A stretch of 38,746 nucleotides of DNA from a virus (Duplodnaviria > Caudoviricetes), in the IMG/VR virus record IMGVR_UViG_3300037743_000354, positions 1 to 38,746 of that record; one strand, written 5' to 3'. Below the pieces are notes generated by a model, which had not been told where the DNA came from, made no database searches, and saw only the letters and a program-made list of their open reading frames with translations. The position numbers and the translations under genes were made by a program. The first letter of the stretch is position 1. Each line of letters begins with the position of its first letter. This document shows positions 16,970 through 22,608 of the stretch, one piece after another.

Positions 16970-18922
16970 TCAGATTCTAAGATCGTATCTAGAAATTACT
17001 TCTGTACTGTTTTCCGGTACAGCTTGAAAACGCTCATTAATTGCATGAATAAACTTTCTAGCTGAATTTTCCCATGTAAATTCGCTTGCGGTTTTTAAGC
17101 CTCCTTCAATAATCCGTAAACGCAAGTATTTATCGCGCAATAGTCTGCATATTGCAGTTTGAAGGGCTTCAGAGTCTTTAATAGGGACTACTAAAGCGTT
17201 CACCTCATTTTCTACATACATAGCACTCCCGCCGTCTGAAGTAATAACTACTGGAACTCCGCAAGCCATGGCTTCTAGTGCCATATTATTGAACCCTTCA
17301 TGCCAGCAGGCCGATACGAACACTCTGCAAGATGATATAGCTTTTGCCAAGTGCTTTTGATGCAGCGGAGAGCTTCCGAGTTTGAGAAGAGAAAATCCTT
17401 CAGACGCTTTTTCTATATCTGAGGTCCCCTTCCACGCTCTTTTAGACCCTGAGCACCCTACATCGTATTCTTTTTTTACCTTACACGGGTAAAACATTCT
17501 TAAATTCACCCCTCCTGGTACAATAGCATCTATAGTTATTTCAGAAGTGTGCTCCGCTAGCCTGTCTTCTGTCCATTTTGAATTTGCAAGATAGAGCCTG
17601 TTTAGACCGCTTCCAAAAAAAGAATCAAACCCTTTAATTCTTGTCCGGTACAAATGATACGCACCTAGGTAAAAACAAACTAAAAGTTTACACTTTGTTT
17701 TTACCGCTTCGTCTGAAGTATCTGAATCAGACGTTATTACTATATCAAATTTCTTTTTTTGAGCTTCCGCGTATGTGAGCGGAGTTGCGCGCATCGGAAG
17801 CCATCCGGGAGAATCTCCTTTTGGCGTTGCTACGTAACAATCAGAAAAGTTTTTAGACATAAAGAAATTAGTCATTTCAATAGTTCTTCTGATACCTCCT
17901 ACAGCGCCCATATGAGGCTGAAACCAGCATAGAGTAAGAGGGGCATCGGAGTAGTTAAATCTCTCTTCAGGAAGAGTTCTAAAAGTTAAAATATTATTAG
18001 CGGCCCAGGTTCGTGTAATTTTTAATTCTTCATTTAAGTTCATGGCTGTAAAGTCCTTTACGATTTTATCACTTCCGTAGATGCCTCGTAAAACCTTTTG
18101 CGACTTAGACGATTCTAATTTCCTCCTTGCATGACCAAAAGACTGGCTCTTTTCATGCCAGACATAACAATTATCGGCTACCCGGATACTCCACCCCGCA
18201 TTTCTAGCCCGTAAAATAAAATCATCTTCTTCCCCGTAGCCTCTTGGAAAATGTTTTTCATCAAAATTTCCGATACTTTCAAAAACTTCAGCTCTTATGA
18301 GCATGCAGAACCCATTTAAAAATGCTACTTCGGGGAAAAATTCTAAACTATGGCGGGCTAAAAGTTTTTCATACTCCCCTGGGAGGCACCCTCCTGGAAT
18401 ACTGTTAACGCTCCAACTTCGGTATCCTCTTCTATTTTCAGGTATAGATTGCCAACCTGCCGCGTTAGAAAGCGGACCTACGATTCCAGTTTTAGGGAAT
18501 GCAAGCAGCACTTGAAGCATCCTGGAAAGAGTACCGCTCGTAAGGACAGTGTCTGAATTAAGAGTTAGTACAAACTTTGCTTCTGATTCTGTTAAAGCAA
18601 GATTTAGTGCTTTAGTGTACCCTTGAGGTTTTGAGTTTATGAGATGTTTTCTAACCGGAAAATCAACCAAAGCGCCGTTTAAAACCGCTTTGGTCTCTAT
18701 AGAGCTTCCGTCATCTACGAGTATCAGGTTCCAATTTCTAAGATTAATATCGTTTAAAGACTGCAAGCACTTTCTCGTGCATTCAGGAGCGTTATGGACA
18801 CAAACGATTATGTCTATTGCAGGAAATACTTTAGGTATTTCTTCTTTCATTACATATTTTTTTGAATCTAAAAATGTTTTTGGAAAATAAGACCTCATCT
18901 CAATTAAGATTATCTTCTTCAA
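16970..18922 (-). CDS. Bifunctional glycosyltransferase, GT2 (GT-A) fused to GT4 (GT-B)
   Basis: N-terminal half has DIIVCVHNA, LVDDGS, LNSDT, GFCMLI and GYGEEDDF..RA..AG. C-terminal half has GG..R, NS.WT and EGFNNMALEAMACGVPVV. Start codon uncertain. Confidence 0.92.
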   Translation of the reverse strand: MKKIILIEMRSYFPKTFLDSKKYVMKEEIPKVFPAIDIIVCVHNAPECTRKCLQSLNDINLRNWNLILVDDGSSIETKAVLNGALVDFPVRKHLINSKPQGYTKALNLALTESEAKFVLTLNSDTVLTSGTLSRMLQVLLAFPKTGIVGPLSNAAGWQSIPENRRGYRSWSVNSIPGGCLPGEYEKLLARHSLEFFPEVAFLNGFCMLIRAEVFESIGNFDEKHFPRGYGEEDDFILRARNAGWSIRVADNCYVWHEKSQSFGHARRKLESSKSQKVLRGIYGSDKIVKDFTAMNLNEELKITRTWAANNILTFRTLPEERFNYSDAPLTLCWFQPHMGAVGGIRRTIEMTNFFMSKNFSDCYVATPKGDSPGWLPMRATPLTYAEAQKKKFDIVITSDSDTSDEAVKTKCKLLVCFYLGAYHLYRTRIKGFDSFFGSGLNRLYLANSKWTEDRLAEHTSEITIDAIVPGGVNLRMFYPCKVKKEYDVGCSGSKRAWKGTSDIEKASEGFSLLKLGSSPLHQKHLAKAISSCRVFVSACWHEGFNNMALEAMACGVPVVITSDGGSAMYVENEVNALVVPIKDSEALQTAICRLLRDKYLRLRIIEGGLKTASEFTWENSARKFIHAINERFQAVPENSTEVISRYDLRI

Positions 18923-18956
18923 ACTTTCGATAAAACTTAGATACTTCCCTCGGTAT

Positions 18957-19292
18957 TTAATGGGATGTTTCTTCTTTCATAACACCTTCCTTGTATTCAC
19001 AGAGTTCTGCATAGAGAACGGAAAGATGGTCAAAAAGATTTTTTTCAGCTTCAGGTTCAGCTTCAGGGTCAGTTTTACTACCCCTCTCTATTAAAGCACT
19101 AATAATAGAATGGTACATTCGCATTGCTCCTGCAAAGTATACTTTGCGCATTATTCGGAGCTGGAAATCCTGAAGTTCCTGACTCGCATTTACTAGTTTA
19201 AGGTAAGTCCATCCGGCTTCAATAAATTTGTTTTTATTCTCTAATTCAGAACAGAGAAGATTTATTTCATCCCTTGTCATTTCCTTTTCCAC
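18957..19292 (-). CDS. Hypothetical protein (MRKVYFAGA motif)
   Basis: 111-aa helical ORF in the leftward block. Confidence 0.6.
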   Translation of the reverse strand: MEKEMTRDEINLLCSELENKNKFIEAGWTYLKLVNASQELQDFQLRIMRKVYFAGAMRMYHSIISALIERGSKTDPEAEPEAEKNLFDHLSVLYAELCEYKEGVMKEETSH

Positions 19293-19306
19293 GTTACAAT
19301 CCCTAT

Positions 19307-19348
19307 AAAAAGTACTTTCCGGCAGTCCTTTGAAGTACTGCCAGAAAG
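19307..19348 (-). terminator. Probable intrinsic terminator closing the peptide-array/Sm-like unit
   Basis: Minus strand CTTTCTGGCAGT-10 nt-ACTGCCGGAAAG (12-bp stem with one G.U), then TACTTTTT. Confidence 0.6.
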
Positions 19349-19358
19349 ATTATAATAA

Positions 19359-19658
19359 TTATTTTTGAACTTTTGGAAGATCAAACTCTATAAACCCGCC
19401 ATCTACAACAGATTGCATGTTGAAAAAAGGCTGCATGTTTTCCGGGTACGGTTCTACTTCGGAAAAGTCACCGGATTTTAGTGCATCCGCATACCTTCCT
19501 GTATCAGCAATCCAGGCTGCATCCTTCAGATTCACAAAGTCCCCATTAACGGAGACTATTTCTCCTGTCAGATAGTTGGTTACCGTCCTGACAAAAACTT
19601 TTTGTCCGACTTGAAATTGTTGTACACATTCTTCTTTAGTCATTTTTACATTCTCCAT
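19359..19658 (-). CDS. Small Sm/Hfq-like beta-barrel protein (DUF6948-like)
   Basis: VGQKVFVRTVTNYLTGEIVSVNGDFVNLKDAAWI matches the Sm1 pattern G..V.V.......G.L...D....L.DA, followed by ADTGRY. GGAG suggests the start may be ATG 19643. Family name is from memory. Confidence 0.7.
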   Translation of the reverse strand: MENVKMTKEECVQQFQVGQKVFVRTVTNYLTGEIVSVNGDFVNLKDAAWIADTGRYADALKSGDFSEVEPYPENMQPFFNMQSVVDGGFIEFDLPKVQK

Positions 19659-19723
19659 TTTTTTGTTAATACAGTAGATTCACTCTTCTGCATACTGAAG
19701 TATTTATCCCGATTTGTCCCCTT

Positions 19724-20008
19724 TTATGGCTCAGAGGATCCCGACCTCCCATACTCTCCTGACCGTGCCTCCGATACCGATAATGACTGTGGGCCTGAAT
19801 ACGATCGTTTGGCCCATGAACATACCCCTGTCTTCGATTTCGAAAGGGAACTGTTACATGTCTCTTGAGACTCTGAGGATGCCGATGAAAACGATCCTGA
19901 TCGTTTCCTAGATTGTAACTCTGATCTTGACTGTGACCGCTGCCGGAAATGCGGCATTAATATAGGGACATCATAAGTTGCCCCTACGTATAGAAAAGTT
20001 ATTTTCAT
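19724..20008 (-). CDS. MKIT-leader Ser-X repeat peptide 5 (94 aa, most diverged)
   Basis: Starts MKITFL; degenerate alternating Ser; coupled to peptide 4 by ATGA-type overlap. Confidence 0.7.
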   Translation of the reverse strand: MKITFLYVGATYDVPILMPHFRQRSQSRSELQSRKRSGSFSSASSESQETCNSSLSKSKTGVCSWAKRSYSGPQSLSVSEARSGEYGRSGSSEP

Positions 20009-20235
20009 TTCACTCTACTCCTTGACCACGATTGAGATCGTGAATGTGACCATGACCAGGATCTCATCCATGACCATGTCCATGCTCTTGGACGTGATAA
20101 AGAGTGTGATCCGAACCGTAATCGTGCCCGTGATCGTGACCTCACCCGTCTCCTCGATTCTGAGGATGCCCGTGATTTTGACACGATATGGGGCCGGTAA
20201 TTAAGCAGACTGGAACTTGAATAAGTAATTTTCAT
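20005..20235 (-). CDS. MKIT-leader Ser-X repeat peptide 4 (76 aa)
   Basis: Starts MKITY; contains RSRSR...WSWMRSWSWSHSRSQSWSRSR; ATGA overlap with peptide 3. Confidence 0.75.
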   Translation of the reverse strand: MKITYSSSSLLNYRPHIVSKSRASSESRRRVRSRSRARLRFGSHSLSRPRAWTWSWMRSWSWSHSRSQSWSRSRVK

Positions 20236-20543
20236 ATCGATTTACTCCTCGACCACGACAGTAACCCTAACCCTGACTCTGACCGCGACTCTGACCATGA
20301 CCATGATCGTGACCGTGACTCTGACCATGAGTGTGCCCATGACCATGATCGTGACCGTGACCCTGACGCTGCCAATGATCTTGATCGTGACTCTGACCAT
20401 GATCGTGAGAAACCTGGCGATAGACTGCAACGGACAGGGAAAAGCCCTCGGAGAAGTGACCCTGATCGTGACAATGATCGTGATAATGATCGTGACTGTG
20501 ATGCATAGTGGTAAACACATGCACTAAGAAAAGTAATTTTCAT
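20232..20543 (-). CDS. MKIT-leader Ser-X repeat peptide 3 (103 aa), containing the terminase-derived insert
   Basis: True start is ATG 20543 (MKITFLSA), overlapping the TGA of peptide 2. The ORF track extends it to 20705. Confidence 0.75.
   Translation of the reverse strand: MKITFLSACVYHYASQSRSLSRSLSRSGSLLRGLFPVRCSLSPGFSRSWSESRSRSLAASGSRSRSWSWAHSWSESRSRSWSWSESRSESGLGLLSWSRSKSI
20412..20457. repeat. 46-nt inverted copy (45/46 identity) of terminase gene positions 32157-32202
   Basis: ACCTGGCGATAGACTGCAACGGACAGGGAAAAGCCCTCGGAGAAGT here versus ACCTGGCGATAGACTGCAACGGACAGGGAAGAGCCCTCGGAGAAGT, the reverse complement of 32157-32202. Confidence 0.97.
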
Positions 20544-20785
20544 CCCGATCTGCTCCTTGCGCCTGCCCAAGACCGGAAATGTGATTGGAATCGAGCCCGG
20601 GACCGGGAATATTCCCACGGCCCTGACCGTGCCCCTGACCAAGACTTCCACCGGAATGGTGCAAACTTGGACGGAGACCGGGACCGTGCCTGCAAACAGA
20701 GCCACGGAAGTATCCCATACCGGGACCAGGAATAAGATCTCGATCTATACGGGCAAATACCTGCATTAAGAAAAGTAATTTTCAT
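20540..20785 (-). CDS. MKIT-leader Ser-X repeat peptide 2 (81 aa)
   Basis: Starts MKITFLNA; RS/WS/AR repeats interrupted by non-repetitive blocks. Confidence 0.75.
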   Translation of the reverse strand: MKITFLNAGICPYRSRSYSWSRYGILPWLCLQARSRSPSKFAPFRWKSWSGARSGPWEYSRSRARFQSHFRSWAGARSRSG

Positions 20786-20804
20786 TCCGGTTTTTCTCTG
20801 TTAT

Positions 20805-20963
20805 CTATGACCGTGCCCGTCCCCATGGCCGTGCCCGTGACCATGACCGTATCAATGAAAATGACCGTGATCGTGAACATGATTTTGCCCATGACCCTGA
20901 TCGAGATCCTGATACTGATACTGATCTTAATTTTAATGCCGCACTAAGAAAAGTAATTTTCAT
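20805..20963 (-). CDS. MKIT-leader Ser-X repeat peptide 1 (52 aa; not in the ORF track)
   Basis: MKITFLSAALKLRSVSVSGSRSGSWAKSCSRSRSFSLIRSWSRARPWGRARS*, with GGAG 9 nt upstream of the ATG. Confidence 0.75.
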   Translation of the reverse strand: MKITFLSAALKLRSVSVSGSRSGSWAKSCSRSRSFSLIRSWSRARPWGRARS

Positions 20964-21075
20964 TATGTAATTCTCCAAACCCGGTATCCGGTTTGATCGG
21001 GAAGAGCATTTTCTCTTTTAGGTATAGGGATTTTTTTATCTATTTTAATCATAGAGTATAGTGTACAAGAAAATT

Positions 21076-22533
21076 TTACCTATTGTCAAAAAGAATTTTG
21101 AAGTCTTTTGCCCTCTCTATTACCGCTAGTTCAATCCTCCGGTCGATACTTCTTTCTACGGGCATCCAATACACAATAACATTACGGGTCTGGCCGATTC
21201 TGTGAAGCCTATCTACCGCTTGTATAATTACAGAAGGTGACCAGTCTATTTCTGCCAAAAACGCCATCCGGGCCCGGGTAAGCGTCACGCCCAAACCCCC
21301 TGCCCGTATCTGAATATAGAGTAAGTCTATTTTTCCGCTTTGAAAGTCTTCCACATACATGTTACGCAATTTATCCGGAGTACCGCCTTGAATTATTTCC
21401 GGAGAAAGGTCTTTTGTTTTACCGGCTAATTGGGTTACAAAATCACGGTGGTAATAAAACACAATTAACGGTTCACCGTTATCAACCACAGTAGAGCGGA
21501 TGAACTCTTCTACATGTTTTAATTTCTTTAGACCTTGGGCTTTTCTTATAGACGCTATATGGGTAGGTACGGGTATATCCTCTTTTCCGGATTCAATTCC
21601 GTTAACTATTTTCTTTACCTGCTCTTCCAGTCTCTTCTTCTCTTCTGCTTTTGTAGGAGGTTTTACAGCTAATTCTGAAGGTAGAGGTATTTCAACAAAC
21701 TGCTTTTCCGGCAACTGTTTTAACACTTGATCTTTTGTGTAGCGGACCAGCACAGTATCACGAAGAAAGCGTTTTAACTTTTTCCCGTTCTTTATCCCTT
21801 CATATTTTACCGCCCATGGGGTTCGTACCGGATTTGAAAACTCTTCAGCAAAATCCCAGAAGTTTGTAAATACGGAAGGGAGCATTGCATGCAATGGCGT
21901 GTACAGGTCTGTTACATGCACTGTACATGGAGTTCCAGACATCAGCAGGCGGTACTTTGAGTTTTTAAAATAATGGTTAAAACAAACTTTCGAACGTTTG
22001 GATTTTCTGTTTTTAATTAAATGCGCTTCATCAAAAACCACTAGATCAAACGGAGCCAATTTCAATATCTGATCCCGGATTGAGTTATCCGGTTTTGGAT
22101 TCCCGTGCTTATCCCTCTTACGCGCCGATGGAGTCGCTAAATCGTAACTCGTTATAACCACATACTTTGCCCGGTTTCTCAGCGGTGTGAGAATTTCTTT
22201 AACCCTCCGGGATGTCGAGAGAACTGCAAAAATATCAAATTCCTCTTCTGTGAACGTTTTACTCCATGCTACTATCTCGTTTCTCCAGACAAGTCTCATT
22301 AAGGCCGGGCATACTACAAGAATTTTTTTGACATTCAACATGTCGGCAAGTACAACCGCTGTTGGAGTTTTTCCAAGTCCCATGTCATTAGCTAAATACG
22401 CCGATCTGGTTTGCATGTGTTTTGAAATTTTCCGGAGAGTCGGAGTGCCGCCTTTAAAAAATCTCATTATTTCTTTTATAGATTTTTTCTGGAACGGCTT
22501 CAGTTTCAGGTTTTTTTCTTCTTTTAACTCCAT
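21076..22533 (-). CDS. SNF2-family (SF2) helicase/ATPase
   Basis: LANDMGLGKT (motif I), VVCPA, DEAH, LMSGTP, GLGVTLT and QAVDRLHRIGQ. Confidence 0.95.
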   Translation of the reverse strand: MELKEEKNLKLKPFQKKSIKEIMRFFKGGTPTLRKISKHMQTRSAYLANDMGLGKTPTAVVLADMLNVKKILVVCPALMRLVWRNEIVAWSKTFTEEEFDIFAVLSTSRRVKEILTPLRNRAKYVVITSYDLATPSARKRDKHGNPKPDNSIRDQILKLAPFDLVVFDEAHLIKNRKSKRSKVCFNHYFKNSKYRLLMSGTPCTVHVTDLYTPLHAMLPSVFTNFWDFAEEFSNPVRTPWAVKYEGIKNGKKLKRFLRDTVLVRYTKDQVLKQLPEKQFVEIPLPSELAVKPPTKAEEKKRLEEQVKKIVNGIESGKEDIPVPTHIASIRKAQGLKKLKHVEEFIRSTVVDNGEPLIVFYYHRDFVTQLAGKTKDLSPEIIQGGTPDKLRNMYVEDFQSGKIDLLYIQIRAGGLGVTLTRARMAFLAEIDWSPSVIIQAVDRLHRIGQTRNVIVYWMPVERSIDRRIELAVIERAKDFKILFDNR

Positions 22534-22543
22534 TTTTCCTCAC

Positions 22544-22579
22544 AAAAAAGGCCCTTCAGTTTTTCAACCAAAGGGCCTT
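22544..22579 (-). terminator. Intrinsic terminator/attenuator just upstream of the SNF2 start
   Basis: AAGGCCCTT...AAGGGCCTT inverted repeat, ending in a T6 run on the minus strand. Confidence 0.7.
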
Positions 22580-22608
22580 AACCAACAAACTTTCGAACAG
22601 ACGTTCAA

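Larger units (their letters stand above)
19991..20963. repeat. Five spaced copies of AAGTWATTTTCAT (peptide starts) separated by degenerate hexamer repeats (TGACCR/TGATCG)
   Basis: GCACTAAGAAAAGTAATTTTCAT is identical at 20521-20543 and 20941-20963, has one mismatch at 20763-20785, and has shorter variants ending at 20235 and 20008. Confidence 0.9.

Noticed and set aside
19730-20722. Short resemblances of array blocks to terL (near 32880), the 30818 gene (near 30980) and the portal (near 35941 and 36465)
   Set aside because: Only about 14-16 matching bases with gaps, which is compatible with chance in 39 kb.
20242-20769. His/Gly-rich, Val/Thr-rich and Asp-rich ORFs in other frames of the array
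   Set aside because: These are shadow translations of the hexamer repeat. Only the Ser-X frame has shared starts, an RBS and ATGA coupling.
19991-20963. CRISPR array
   Set aside because: The repeat is only 13-23 nt, non-palindromic, spaced irregularly at 178-308 nt and coincides with start codons. There are no cas genes; DUF2800 is a replication-cassette nuclease.
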